Source: Candidatus Latescibacterota bacterium (lineage in GTDB: Bacteria; Latescibacterota; UBA2968). Taken from it: a stretch of DNA of 64,000 bases. Shown one piece after another: positions 18,603 to 29,066 of this stretch (position 1 is the stretch's first letter; every line of letters starts with the position of its first letter). Where the stretch lies: NCBI GenBank assembly GCA_965204745.1, contig OZ242010.1, positions 4,768,001 through 4,832,000 of the forward strand. Direction: 5' to 3'. The notes beneath the pieces were generated by a model that saw only the letters and a program-made list of their open reading frames with translations, made no database searches and had not been told where the DNA came from. The position numbers and the translations under genes were made by a program.

Positions 18603-20771
18603 ATGAATAGACTGTTGAAATCCCTGCCTTGGGCCGGTTTCGCGCTCGCGTTGTTTTGCGGACAGCCGACCGAAGTGCGGGCACAGGCCGACTTGGCGTG
18701 GATGGATGTGGGCGAGTATCACTACCGGTATTCGTCAACCGGAACAGAGCCGTCGATTACCCAGCCCCAATTTCGCGGTTTGGTCAAGTACTGGCCGGGC
18801 ATTTATTTTCGAGAGGGCGGCACGCATGTGCGGTCGCGGCATTATATTGGCGTGAAAGATTTTACGGATGAAAACGGCGATCCCTGGCCGTTTAAGGTCG
18901 CGCGTGCGGGGCCGCGCGTCTTCGACTTGGGCGAGCATTTTGCCCTGCCGATGGAACTGATCGGCAAGTTTCCAAAGCCCGAGGTGTTTGTCGATGGGTT
19001 TCAATCTTTTCCCCGGCCCACCGTGTTGACCCGCGTCGATCCTTCAATTCCGTCAGACAGGATGATCATTCGCGGCGCCCATACCACCGTGGGGGTGACG
19101 TGGGAAGAGAGGATTTACGGATTTTCCAACCCCTATCACGACGACTACCACATCCGGGAAATGACGTGGACGAATACGGGCAATGTCGATGAGGATGACG
19201 AGATCGAATTGCCCGATCAAACCGTGAATGAGATGATGTTGTCCTTTGCGGCCAAGGAACATCTCAATGGGCCGCGCGGGGTGACGGGCGCGGGCGTGTC
19301 GGGCACGATGTGGGATTACGTGGGCGACGGCAAGGAACCGTTGGGCAAATGGGAAGGCATACGCGCGACCCTCGGCTGGATAGGCAATGGCACCAATGTC
19401 TCGTTTCTGAACAGAATTGGCGGCCCGATTTGGCGCGATGGTCGCCGAAGCAGTGTGTATCGCATTGCCGAGGGCGATTCCATCGGGCGCCTCGGCGGGG
19501 CGTATATGCTGACCCGCGCGATTTTGCACGCGGACACGAGCCCGAGCAATCGGGCAAATGATCCGGGCCAGCCCAGAAGCACGGGCTTTCACCGGGGCGG
19601 CGAGCCGATAAGCAATCCGTCGTTTGGCGATGCCGAGCAGATGAGAGACACTTACTATTTTATGCACCCGGATTTGAGCTATGCCGAATATGGCAACCCG
19701 GGCGAAGATGGGCACTTTTTCCCGCACGAGGCGGACCGGTCAGCGCCGGCGATGCCTGCCGGCCCATTTGATTCGGAATCCTGGTACGACCGCATGGGCG
19801 CGCAGGTGAATGTGGATCGCATGCGAAGTGGGGGGATGGTGCCGTGGTTTGCCTTTGGCCCCTACACGCTGGCACCGGGCGAAAGCGTCAAGATGGTCTG
19901 GATCGAAGGGGTACACGGGTTGAATCGGGATGTGTGCGTCGCCGTGGGCAAGGCGTACAAGGATTCGGGGTATGACGATACCCTGCCCATCACGCACAAT
20001 GGACAGACCCACACGAAGAACCGCTGGGCACTGGGCACGCGGGATTCCATCTATCAGATGATCCGCAGGGCCACGGCAAACTGGGAATCCAACTATCAAA
20101 TTCCGCATCCGCCACTGCCGCCCAGTGTGTTCAGAGTGCAATCGGGTTCTGATCAGATCGTGCTTTCCTGGGAGACCTTCCCCAATGCCAATCACACGGG
20201 GTTTGAGATTTGGCGCACGCGCAATTTGTTTGAAAGCAGCGTGCAAGACGAGTGGAAATACAAGTTGATCGCCACGCTGGGGGCCGAGGCCCGCGAGTAC
20301 AAAGACGAGAACGTGGTGCGCGGCCTCAGCTACTTCTACTACATCCAATCCGTGGGGCAGGTGAACAACGACCCCACCGGGATGACGCCGACGGGCAGTG
20401 TGATGAAAAGCAGCCGGTATTACACGCAGACGTACGATCCCGCGTTTTTGAAACGCCCGCCCGGCAGCACGCTGGCCGATGTGCGCGTCGTGCCCAATCC
20501 CTACATTTTGGAAGCGGACCAAAATATTCGCTTCCCGGATCAGCAGGACAAACTGGCGTTTTTTGAAATTCCAGGGGAATGCACGATCCAGATTTTTAGC
20601 GAATTAGGCGAGGCGATTTTCACTATCGAACACACGGATGGCACCGGGGACGAGTTCTGGAACCTGACCACCGAGTCGAATCAAGTGCTCGCCAGCGGCA
20701 TTTATTTCGCCGTTATCAAAGACCTTCAAACCGGCGAAAAGGTAATCAAAAAGTTCGCCGTTATTCGTTAG
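18603..20771 (+). CDS. Secreted protein with FN3-like domain and T9SS-like C-terminal domain (module A)
   Basis: Signal peptide; GPYTLAPGES; IVLSW...GFEIWR; VRVVPNP...W...LASGIYF...KFAVIR*. Confidence 0.75.
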   Translation: MNRLLKSLPWAGFALALFCGQPTEVRAQADLAWMDVGEYHYRYSSTGTEPSITQPQFRGLVKYWPGIYFREGGTHVRSRHYIGVKDFTDENGDPWPFKVARAGPRVFDLGEHFALPMELIGKFPKPEVFVDGFQSFPRPTVLTRVDPSIPSDRMIIRGAHTTVGVTWEERIYGFSNPYHDDYHIREMTWTNTGNVDEDDEIELPDQTVNEMMLSFAAKEHLNGPRGVTGAGVSGTMWDYVGDGKEPLGKWEGIRATLGWIGNGTNVSFLNRIGGPIWRDGRRSSVYRIAEGDSIGRLGGAYMLTRAILHADTSPSNRANDPGQPRSTGFHRGGEPISNPSFGDAEQMRDTYYFMHPDLSYAEYGNPGEDGHFFPHEADRSAPAMPAGPFDSESWYDRMGAQVNVDRMRSGGMVPWFAFGPYTLAPGESVKMVWIEGVHGLNRDVCVAVGKAYKDSGYDDTLPITHNGQTHTKNRWALGTRDSIYQMIRRATANWESNYQIPHPPLPPSVFRVQSGSDQIVLSWETFPNANHTGFEIWRTRNLFESSVQDEWKYKLIATLGAEAREYKDENVVRGLSYFYYIQSVGQVNNDPTGMTPTGSVMKSSRYYTQTYDPAFLKRPPGSTLADVRVVPNPYILEADQNIRFPDQQDKLAFFEIPGECTIQIFSELGEAIFTIEHTDGTGDEFWNLTTESNQVLASGIYFAVIKDLQTGEKVIKKFAVIR

Positions 20772-20780
20772 AGGTATTCA

Positions 20781-21842
20781 ATGACCAAACGATTTCTCGC
20801 ATTTTTGCTGATGTTGTGTTGCATGGGATTGACGAGTGCAACGGCTGTGTTCGCGCAAGATGTCACGCCTGATCCCGACGATGAGGATTTGCCCGATCCC
20901 GGGCAGGATATTCCGCGCGAACGCCGCGCCCAGACCGGCTTTAAGTTTTTGAGCGTGTCGCCCAGCGCACGCGCCGCTGGCATGGGCGATGCGTATTCCG
21001 CCATGAAAGTGGGCTCGACCGCGATGTTTTACAACCCGGCGACCATGGCCTATCTCGACCACAAAGTTCACTTGGCCGCCGGGCAAGTCCAGTGGATCGC
21101 GGACGTGACTTACAACATGGGCAGTGTCGCGTTGCGTACCGATTGGGGCGTTTTTGGCTTGTCGATAGTCGCCGTGGATTACGGCGATTTTGAGCGCACC
21201 ATCCGCGCCGACAACGATAGGGGATTCATGGACGTGGGCACGTATAGCCCGTCCGCTTGGGCTATGGGCCTCGGCTATGCCCGCGCGATTACGGACCGCT
21301 TTTCCGTGGGCGGCAATATCCGCATTGCCAAGCAATCCCTGGGCGCAGGCCCAGTGGCCCTCGAGGGCACGGCGCCGGTGACGAAGAATTTTGACGAGCG
21401 TTCGACCATCGTCGATTTTGGCGTGCTCTACTGGACCGGCTTCAAGAGTTTGACGCTCGCGCTGAATACGCGCAATTTCTCGCAGGAAAACAAGTATAGC
21501 GAGGAGAGTTTTGAACTCCCGCTGACGTTCCGCATGGGGTTGGCGATGGATCTGATCGATTTCACCACGATAGACGAGAAAGCCCATTCCATGATCGTGT
21601 CGCTAGATACCGAACGCCCGCGCGATTTCTCCGAGCAAATCAAGATCGGCGTCGATTACACGATCATGCAAACCCTGTCTTTGCGCGCTGGGTACGCGTT
21701 GCCGACCGATGAGCAGGGGATTTCCCTGGGCGTTGGCCTCGGCCGCGACCTCGGCGGCGTGGATTTGCGCGTGGACTACGCGTACACGGATTTCGGCGTG
21801 TTCGACTCGGTCAACCGCCTGATGCTTCAAGCGGCGTTCTGA
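20781..21842 (+). CDS. PorV/PorQ-family outer-membrane beta-barrel (module A)
   Basis: FKFLSVSPSARAAGMGDA, FYNPA, LSLRAGY, VDYAY, terminal Phe. Confidence 0.85.
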   Translation: MTKRFLAFLLMLCCMGLTSATAVFAQDVTPDPDDEDLPDPGQDIPRERRAQTGFKFLSVSPSARAAGMGDAYSAMKVGSTAMFYNPATMAYLDHKVHLAAGQVQWIADVTYNMGSVALRTDWGVFGLSIVAVDYGDFERTIRADNDRGFMDVGTYSPSAWAMGLGYARAITDRFSVGGNIRIAKQSLGAGPVALEGTAPVTKNFDERSTIVDFGVLYWTGFKSLTLALNTRNFSQENKYSEESFELPLTFRMGLAMDLIDFTTIDEKAHSMIVSLDTERPRDFSEQIKIGVDYTIMQTLSLRAGYALPTDEQGISLGVGLGRDLGGVDLRVDYAYTDFGVFDSVNRLMLQAAF

Positions 21843-21898
21843 GAAGCGGTAAGAGGGGAGACGCAAGAGCTGTTTAACCCCACAACAGGAGGTTCTCC

Positions 21899-22477
21899 AT
21901 GCATAAACTGATTCTGCTGACAATAGCCGCGTTTTTGATTCTCCCGCCGTCTCTTTCCGCGCAGAACCACTTGTCCCCGTCGCTAGATCCGGATAATGCC
22001 ACAGGCGGTCAAGCGGTCACGCCTGTCAATATCTCTCCCGATCAAGTTGTTTCCATTCTCATGCGGATCGAAGCCAAAATTGACAACTTGGACAAGCGGG
22101 TCGTAAGGCTTGAAGCCAAAGTTGACGACTTGGACAAGCGGGTCATAAGGATCGAAGCCAAAATTGACAACTTGGACAAGCGGGTCACGAGACTCGAAAC
22201 CAAAGTTGACAACTTGGATAAAAAGTTTGACGACTTGGACAAGCGGGTCGTAAGACTCGAAACCAAAGTTGACGACTTAGATGGGCGGGTTGACAATTTG
22301 GGCAATCGACTCGATGGCCTACTATTGATTTTGGTTGCGGGCTTGTTGGGCATGCCGCTTCTCAACAATTGGCTTGAAAAACGAAGGGAAACCAAGCGAT
22401 TGCCGCAAGTGAACAAATCTTCCACGCAACAACCGAGCGGTGTGCGTGTGCCCTCGCGCAGCGAAGTCGAGGTTTAG
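21899..22477 (+). CDS. Signal-peptide, heptad-repeat coiled-coil membrane protein
   Basis: Repeats of (I/L)EAK(I/V)D(N/D)LDKRV encoded by a 42-bp DNA unit, followed by one TM segment. Confidence 0.75.
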   Translation: MHKLILLTIAAFLILPPSLSAQNHLSPSLDPDNATGGQAVTPVNISPDQVVSILMRIEAKIDNLDKRVVRLEAKVDDLDKRVIRIEAKIDNLDKRVTRLETKVDNLDKKFDDLDKRVVRLETKVDDLDGRVDNLGNRLDGLLLILVAGLLGMPLLNNWLEKRRETKRLPQVNKSSTQQPSGVRVPSRSEVEV

Positions 22478-22519
22478 ACGCCCAGACGCGAATCCGAATA
22501 CAAGGTGACGATGCTCGAC

Positions 22520-22555
22520 AAAGGCCCGGCCTCCAATGAGAACCGGGCTTTTTTC
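22520..22555 (+). terminator. Rho-independent terminator
   Basis: GCCCGG...CCGGGC stem followed by a T tract. Confidence 0.65.
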
Positions 22556-22590
22556 AAAATAGCCATCAACTTGGGACTGACCACTGACCC

Positions 22591-23613
22591 ATGACGCGAA
22601 GAACATTCCTCCAACACAGCCTCATCTCCACGAGCGCGTTGCTCCTCGCGCCACGGACCTTTGCATCAGTACCGCAGGTGATGACCGTGACCGGGCCTAT
22701 CGCGGCTGAGCACATGGGATTCACCCTGCCGCACGAACACATCATGTCCATTTTCGGGGGACAGCCGCGCCGGGTGGCGCAATACGACGAAAAAAAATTA
22801 CTCGCCAAAGTGGTGCCCTATCTCAAGATGTTGCACGCATTTGGCGCGCAGACGATCTGCGACTGCACAGGGGCGTATTTTGGGCGGCGCGTGGATTTGC
22901 TCCAGCGCGTTTCACAGGCCACGGGCGTGCAAATCCTCACCAACACCGGGTATTACGGCGCGGCCCATGACCGCTACGTGCCCGAACACGCTTTTCACGA
23001 GCGCGCGGATCAAATCGCCCAACGCTGGATTGACGAGTGGGAACGCGGCATTGACGGGACGGATATTCGGCCGGGATTTATCAAAATTGGCGTTGACCCC
23101 GGCATGCCATCCGAGATTGACGAGAAACTCATTTTGGCCGCGGGCAAGGCGCATCTCACGACCGGGTTGACGATAGTTTCCCACACGGGTGGCAGCACGG
23201 ACGCAGCGGTTGAACAGGTTGCGATGCTCGAAAAGATGGGCGTGCATCCGAGTGCGTGGGTCTGGGCGCACGCGCAACACGTCATGGATTCGGCGGATTT
23301 GCCCCCGGTTGCGCGGGCGGGCGCGTGGATTGGGCTAGATGGCATTGCCGACAACACGCTGATGCACCACCTCGATTTGTTGCGCCACATGAGGCGGTTT
23401 GGGCTTTTGCACCGGGTTTTGCTTTCCCACGATGGCAATTCATTTCGATATGGCAACCGGCCCTTTAAGCCGTACAATGCCATTTTTGACCAGTTTCTCC
23501 CGCTGATGCAAAAAGCGAATTTCACCGATGCCGACATTCGCCAACTCACCGTGAAAAATCCACGGGAAGCCTTTGCCATCCGGGTTCGCAAAACACAACC
23601 TACTGACAACTGA
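22591..23613 (+). CDS. Phosphotriesterase-family (amidohydrolase) protein with Tat signal
   Basis: TRRTFL Tat motif; V.TVTGPI..GFTLPHEH; GFIKIG; SHTG; LLSHD. Confidence 0.88.
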   Translation: MTRRTFLQHSLISTSALLLAPRTFASVPQVMTVTGPIAAEHMGFTLPHEHIMSIFGGQPRRVAQYDEKKLLAKVVPYLKMLHAFGAQTICDCTGAYFGRRVDLLQRVSQATGVQILTNTGYYGAAHDRYVPEHAFHERADQIAQRWIDEWERGIDGTDIRPGFIKIGVDPGMPSEIDEKLILAAGKAHLTTGLTIVSHTGGSTDAAVEQVAMLEKMGVHPSAWVWAHAQHVMDSADLPPVARAGAWIGLDGIADNTLMHHLDLLRHMRRFGLLHRVLLSHDGNSFRYGNRPFKPYNAIFDQFLPLMQKANFTDADIRQLTVKNPREAFAIRVRKTQPTDN

Positions 23614-23615
23614 CC

Positions 23616-25577
23616 ATGGCAGAACGATTAGAACACATAACCTCCGAAAAAGCACCCGTACGCGCCGTGACGCCGAGGGCCATCATCGCATCGGTCAGCG
23701 TGATCGCGGTCAGCGTGTTGTGGAACGAGTGGATGCCGTATTACACGTCTGGATCGAATATCAGCCGCAGCCATTTTCCAATGGCGTTTTTCTTTCCGTT
23801 TTTGACCGCGTGCATCCTCAATTTGGCACTGAACCACCTGCGCCCGGGATTAGGGCTTTCCCGGTCCGAATCGATGGTCGTGCTCGGCGCGGGTTTTGTG
23901 GGTATCGCGCTGGCGTACGACGGATTGACCGGGCACTTTTTCGGGGTTCTGGCCGCGCCCTATTATTTTGCCTCTGTGGAAAATGGGTGGGCGTTGTTGC
24001 ACGACAGCATTCCCCTCTGGCTCGCGCCGTCCAATGCGACCGGTGAAATGACGCGGTTTTTTGAAGGCGGGGGCGGGGCGCCGCCGTGGCGCGTGTGGGC
24101 CGTGCCGGTGTTCTGGTGGATGTGCTTTTTCAGCGCGATGGGGTTTGCGGTCTTTTGTCTGGTGGTGATTTTGCGAAAGCAATGGGTGGATCACGAGCGG
24201 TTGGCCTATCCCCTGGTCGAAGTCGCGCAATCCCTGGCCGAAACCGAAAAGGGCGGGGGCCTGGAAAAGACGGTTCGCTCGCCCTTGTTCTGGATCGCAT
24301 TCTCGCTGGTGATGCTGTTGAAGCTGTGGAATATCGGCTCGTATTTTACGCCGGCATTTCCGCATATCGACATCGAGGAGGCCCTGTGGCAGCCGATTAA
24401 GGATTTTCCGTGGATGGTGAACCGCGTGAGTTTTTACGCCATTGGCTTCGGGTATTTTGCGCGCTTAGAGGTGCTGTTCAGCGTTTGGTTTTTCATTTTG
24501 TTGACCGCGTTTCAGGTGTATGCGTTCAACATTTTTGGGTACCAAATTGGCGCGGCAACCCGGCACTGGACGAGCGATGCCCTGGGCTGGCAAAGCATTG
24601 GCGCGTTGATTTTTTTGGCCGCGTGGGGATTGTGGATGGCGCGGGCGCATTTGAAAGCCGTGGCGCGAAAAGCCCTCTATCCCAACTGCGAGGTAGACGA
24701 CCGCGGCGAGTTGCTGTCCTACCGGGTCGCGGTGTTCGGCCTGTTGGGATCGTTCGCGTTCGTCGTTGCGTGGCTCCATGCGGCGGGCATGCCCTTGTGG
24801 GTGGTGTTCGCATTTTTGATTTTGGCAATGCTGCTGTTTTTGGGGCTTGCGCGGGCCATTGCCGAGTTGGGGTTGGTCTATGTGTATTACCGCATCCAAC
24901 CGCACGATGCTGTGGTGCAGGCATTTGGGTCCGGGATGATAGGATTTTCAGGCGTGGTGGTGCTCGGGTTTATGCATGTGTTCAACCAGTGGCCCGATAT
25001 CGGAAAGGGCTTTTTGATGCCGCCCTTTACGCAAGCGGTGAAAGCCGTGGATAAGGTGGTCAGCCCGCGGCGCATCACCGCAGTGCTGTGGCTGGCGTTG
25101 GTGCTGGGGTTCGCCATTTCCGTGGTGAATACCCTGTATTTGAGTTATGAATACGGCGCGTACAATTTGGGCAACATGGGCATGATGAAGACCGGGCCTG
25201 TGGCCTTTGATTTTGTGAATGCAGAAATCCGCAATCCCATGCGGCCCGGCGGCAATGGCCGGGTGATGTGGGCGCTCATCGGGATGGGCCTGATGGCGAT
25301 TTTGACGACGATTCGCTACTGGGTGCCGTGGTGGCCCCTGCATCCCATTGGCTTGGCCATGCAAGGCAACTACGGCGTGAGCAAGACCGTGTTTTCGGTT
25401 TTTGTCGCGTGGGCGATCAAGGCGGTCGTGATGAAGATGGGCGGCGTGCAATTGTACGAAAAGGGCAAGCCATTCTTCATCGGCCTGCTCACTGCCCAAG
25501 CGGTCAGCACGGGCCTGGTCTTCGTCGTGGATTGGTTCTGGTTCCCGATGCAAGGGCATAATGTGCATAATTTTTGA
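23616..25577 (+). CDS. DUF6785/DUF6784-like polytopic membrane protein, paralog 2
   Basis: ILRKQWVDHERLAYPL, VDDRGELLSYR, GAYNLG, C-terminal QGHNVHNF. Confidence 0.75.
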   Translation: MAERLEHITSEKAPVRAVTPRAIIASVSVIAVSVLWNEWMPYYTSGSNISRSHFPMAFFFPFLTACILNLALNHLRPGLGLSRSESMVVLGAGFVGIALAYDGLTGHFFGVLAAPYYFASVENGWALLHDSIPLWLAPSNATGEMTRFFEGGGGAPPWRVWAVPVFWWMCFFSAMGFAVFCLVVILRKQWVDHERLAYPLVEVAQSLAETEKGGGLEKTVRSPLFWIAFSLVMLLKLWNIGSYFTPAFPHIDIEEALWQPIKDFPWMVNRVSFYAIGFGYFARLEVLFSVWFFILLTAFQVYAFNIFGYQIGAATRHWTSDALGWQSIGALIFLAAWGLWMARAHLKAVARKALYPNCEVDDRGELLSYRVAVFGLLGSFAFVVAWLHAAGMPLWVVFAFLILAMLLFLGLARAIAELGLVYVYYRIQPHDAVVQAFGSGMIGFSGVVVLGFMHVFNQWPDIGKGFLMPPFTQAVKAVDKVVSPRRITAVLWLALVLGFAISVVNTLYLSYEYGAYNLGNMGMMKTGPVAFDFVNAEIRNPMRPGGNGRVMWALIGMGLMAILTTIRYWVPWWPLHPIGLAMQGNYGVSKTVFSVFVAWAIKAVVMKMGGVQLYEKGKPFFIGLLTAQAVSTGLVFVVDWFWFPMQGHNVHNF

Positions 25578-25600
25578 CCCAACACCGTGAAGGAAAAAAA

Positions 25601-27004
25601 ATGGAGCGACCCAATATCCTGTTCATCATGACCGATGACCACACCCCGCGTGAAATGAGCAGCTACGGCAATCCGATCTTGCAAACGCCCAACCTCGACC
25701 GCATCGGCAACGAGGGCACGCGGTTCAACAACTGTTTTTCGACCAACGCCCTGTGCGCGCCCGCCCGCGGCACCGTGCTGACCGGATGCTTCTCGCACGT
25801 CCACGGCATTCGGGGCAATTCGGAACGCGCCGACGCCATCGAGCATCTGGATCCCAACGTGCCGACCTTTCCCGAACTGTTGCGCGCGGCCGGCTATCGC
25901 ACCGCATTGTTTGGCAAGTACCACATTCGGCAGGATCCCCGCGGCTTCGATACGTGGTGTATCCACCCCGGCCAAGGCGTGTATTTTGACCCCACGTATA
26001 TCGACAATGGCAAGGAAATCAAAAAGAAGGGCTACGCCACAGATATAACCACGGATATGGCCCTCGCGTTCTTGCGGGAATTGGATGGGGACCAGCCCTT
26101 CTGCTTGGTGTATCAGTTCAAGGCGCCGCACCGCCCATTTACACCCGCGCCCCGACACGCGCACCTCTTTGGCGATGTCGAGATTCCCGTGCCCGAGACG
26201 TACGAGGATGATTTTGCCACGCGCAAAATTGCAGCACTGGCCGAGGATATGAAGTTCGACATCAGCCTTGCCGAGGATTACGACGACCTGCCCGAGGGAT
26301 TGAATGCGCGGGAGAAGAAGGACTGGATCTATCAGCGGTTCATGAAGGATCGGTACCGCACGATTTGCGGGGTAGATGAAAACCTGGGGCGCGTGCTCGA
26401 CTATCTGGACGAAACGGATCAAGCGGGCGATACGCTGGTGATTTACACGTCTGACCACGGGTATTTTTTGGGCGATTACGGTTGGTACGACAAGCGGTTT
26501 ATGTACGAACCGTCCATCCGCATTCCGCTGGTGATGCGGTATCCAAACGCCGGCATTCGCGGGCATGTGACAGACGCGCTGGTGATGAACGTGGATTTCG
26601 CGCCGACGATCCTCGATTTTGCAGGGGTCGAAATTCCCGATGGCATGCAGGGCCAAAGCCTGCGCCCCTTGCTCGAAGGCCGCGAACCCGCCGACTGGCG
26701 CGAGTCCGTTTATTACGCCTATTTTGAAGATTCCTGGGTGCTACACGGCAAAGGCGCCGAGGCCATGTCCGAACCGTCATTCCAATATTTTACCCCGCAC
26801 CGCATTGGCCCGCACCGCGGCGTCCGCACGGCCCGCTACAAGTTGATCGAATATTACGCCGAAGGCGATTACTGGGAATTGTTCGATCTGCAAACCGACC
26901 CGCACGAATTGCAAAACGTGTACGCAGACCCCGCGCACGCGGATTTGGTAGTGGAGTTGAAAGCCGAACTGCGCCGATTGCAAGCGCGGTATGGGGATGA
27001 ATAA
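25601..27004 (+). CDS. Formylglycine-dependent sulfatase (no signal peptide seen)
   Basis: RPNILFIMTDD, CAPARGTVLTG (CxPxR), GYRTALFGKYH, YTSDHG, DK..MYE. Confidence 0.92.
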   Translation: MERPNILFIMTDDHTPREMSSYGNPILQTPNLDRIGNEGTRFNNCFSTNALCAPARGTVLTGCFSHVHGIRGNSERADAIEHLDPNVPTFPELLRAAGYRTALFGKYHIRQDPRGFDTWCIHPGQGVYFDPTYIDNGKEIKKKGYATDITTDMALAFLRELDGDQPFCLVYQFKAPHRPFTPAPRHAHLFGDVEIPVPETYEDDFATRKIAALAEDMKFDISLAEDYDDLPEGLNAREKKDWIYQRFMKDRYRTICGVDENLGRVLDYLDETDQAGDTLVIYTSDHGYFLGDYGWYDKRFMYEPSIRIPLVMRYPNAGIRGHVTDALVMNVDFAPTILDFAGVEIPDGMQGQSLRPLLEGREPADWRESVYYAYFEDSWVLHGKGAEAMSEPSFQYFTPHRIGPHRGVRTARYKLIEYYAEGDYWELFDLQTDPHELQNVYADPAHADLVVELKAELRRLQARYGDE

Positions 27005-27081
27005 AACGAAAATGAACCGGAAATGAAACGCCGGAAAATCTCATGATACAGCGTAATTTACAGGCAATCGCGTGAAATGAA

Positions 27082-28305
27082 ATGGAAATGACACGGAAAA
27101 ATACAAGCCTCTATACCGTCCCACAACACTGGATACGCTACGATAAAGCGGCCATTTTGGATCTGCTGATCGCCGCCAAAACCGAGGCGGGCATACTGCG
27201 CCAAATGCCTTATCTGCCGCATTGGATCGAGGAAGTACACGAGGAACAACTGCGCCTGGAGGCCGCGGGCACCTCGCGCATTGAAGGGGCCGAGTTCAGC
27301 GAGCACGAACAGACCGAAGCCCTGAAGCCGGACGCGCCCGGGTATTTGACCTATTCCCAACGGCAGTTGCGAGCCGCCGATGCCACGTACCGCTGGTTGC
27401 GTTTGCAACCGGCCGATCGGCCCGTCAATGCCGAATTCATCTTGGAAATTCACAGGCGCATTGTGACCGGTTGTGACGATGATCGATGTGAACCTGGCGC
27501 GTTGCGGCCCGCGGCGTGGAATGTGACCTTTGGGACGCCTCGGTGTCGCGGCGTTGAAGGGGGCGATGATTGCCGCGCTGCTTTTGACGCGCTTTGTCGG
27601 GCCATTGCCGGCGCATTTCGACAGCACGATGGCATTATCCAAGCGATGGCTACCCACTACCATATCGGCGCGATGCACCCCTTCGGCGATGGCAATGGGC
27701 GCACGGCACGCGCTGTGGAAGCATTTATGATGCGGCGTGCCAGCGTCAACGACTTGGTGATGGTCAGCCTGTCCAATTACTACTACGACCACAAAGACGC
27801 GTACTTGACGGCGCTGGACGAATCGCGGCAACGCGGTCACGACCTCACGCCATTTCTCATGTTTGCACTGCCGGCGGTTGCAGAGCGTTGCCGCGCAGTC
27901 GCCGCAAAAATTGTGGTCAACCACCAGCGCACCTTGTTCCGCGAATTTGCCAGATCGTTGTTTGGGCAGTTGCTGATCCCCCGGCGTCGGGTTATCCCTG
28001 AGCGCCAGTTGCAAATTCTCGAGGTTTTGCTAACGGACGGCCCAATGGAATTGAGGTACCTGTTGTATCGAACAGCGATGCATTACAAATCGGTCAAATT
28101 TCCATGGCATGCACAGCTACGGGATGTAGTTGGGCTGTTCAGATTGGATGCCATCGCGATTGAGAATGGACAATTGCAGGTCAACTTGATGTGGCCCCAG
28201 CAGGTTTCAGAATTGGAAGTGTTGGAACGGTACGAAAGCATGTCGGTTGACGTGTCATCGCTTCATCAGGACATGGCGAAATTATCCCGACTGTTGAGCC
28301 GCTGA
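27082..28305 (+). CDS. Fic family protein
   Basis: Canonical HPFGDGNGRTAR; upstream TSRIEG (inhibitory helix-like). Confidence 0.9.
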   Translation: MEMTRKNTSLYTVPQHWIRYDKAAILDLLIAAKTEAGILRQMPYLPHWIEEVHEEQLRLEAAGTSRIEGAEFSEHEQTEALKPDAPGYLTYSQRQLRAADATYRWLRLQPADRPVNAEFILEIHRRIVTGCDDDRCEPGALRPAAWNVTFGTPRCRGVEGGDDCRAAFDALCRAIAGAFRQHDGIIQAMATHYHIGAMHPFGDGNGRTARAVEAFMMRRASVNDLVMVSLSNYYYDHKDAYLTALDESRQRGHDLTPFLMFALPAVAERCRAVAAKIVVNHQRTLFREFARSLFGQLLIPRRRVIPERQLQILEVLLTDGPMELRYLLYRTAMHYKSVKFPWHAQLRDVVGLFRLDAIAIENGQLQVNLMWPQQVSELEVLERYESMSVDVSSLHQDMAKLSRLLSR

Positions 28306-28394
28306 TAGAATCACTCACTTCAATTTGGTATCACTCGAATTTTCGTGGAACGGAGAAGCGTGTGTAGGCTTCACACTCACCGAGGAGGCAAAGC

Positions 28395-29066
28395 ATGACA
28401 AAACGATGGATGGTCGGTTTATTATTTTTCGGGTATATGGCCGCGCAACAGGTCTTTGCGGAAACTGCGTTGGGGTTGCCGGTTGAAGGCGTGCAGACCA
28501 TTGTGTTGAGCAATCGGGTCGGCAAAAACCAGATTCAGTTTGTGAGCACGGCACCGATGGAAGAGATTCACGGCACAGCGGCGGGGATTTCCGGCGCATT
28601 AAAACTGAATCCGGCACAGGTGGAAGCGATGTCCGGGAAGATCGAGGTGCGAGTTGCGAGCATGGAAACGGGCATAGAAAGGCGCGACGAGCATTTGCAC
28701 GGCGCGGACTGGCTGGATGCAAAACAATTTCCGGCCATTGCGTTTGAAATTGCGGGCCTGAAAGATGTTGACGTACAGACCGACAAAGCCAAGGCGACCA
28801 TTCGAGGAATGGCAATGGGCACGTTTTCCCTGCACGGCGTAGCGCGGGAAATGGAAATTCCGGTTGAAGCCACGTACTTGTTGGCGTCGGATCAAACCGC
28901 GAAACGGGCACCGGGGGATTTTTTTGTCATCAAGGGGACGTTTCAGATTGCGTTGAAGGATTTTGATATCGCAGGGGCACGCGGGCTGGTGGGCAGTCGG
29001 GTCGGGACGGAGATCCACTTAAAGGCGAACTTTTTTGGTTCAACAGTCGCGGGGGAGAACGAGTAA
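28395..29066 (+). CDS. YceI family periplasmic lipid-binding protein
   Basis: Signal peptide; SMETGIERRDEHL..DWLDA.QFP; G.FSLHGV. Confidence 0.85.
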   Translation: MTKRWMVGLLFFGYMAAQQVFAETALGLPVEGVQTIVLSNRVGKNQIQFVSTAPMEEIHGTAAGISGALKLNPAQVEAMSGKIEVRVASMETGIERRDEHLHGADWLDAKQFPAIAFEIAGLKDVDVQTDKAKATIRGMAMGTFSLHGVAREMEIPVEATYLLASDQTAKRAPGDFFVIKGTFQIALKDFDIAGARGLVGSRVGTEIHLKANFFGSTVAGENE

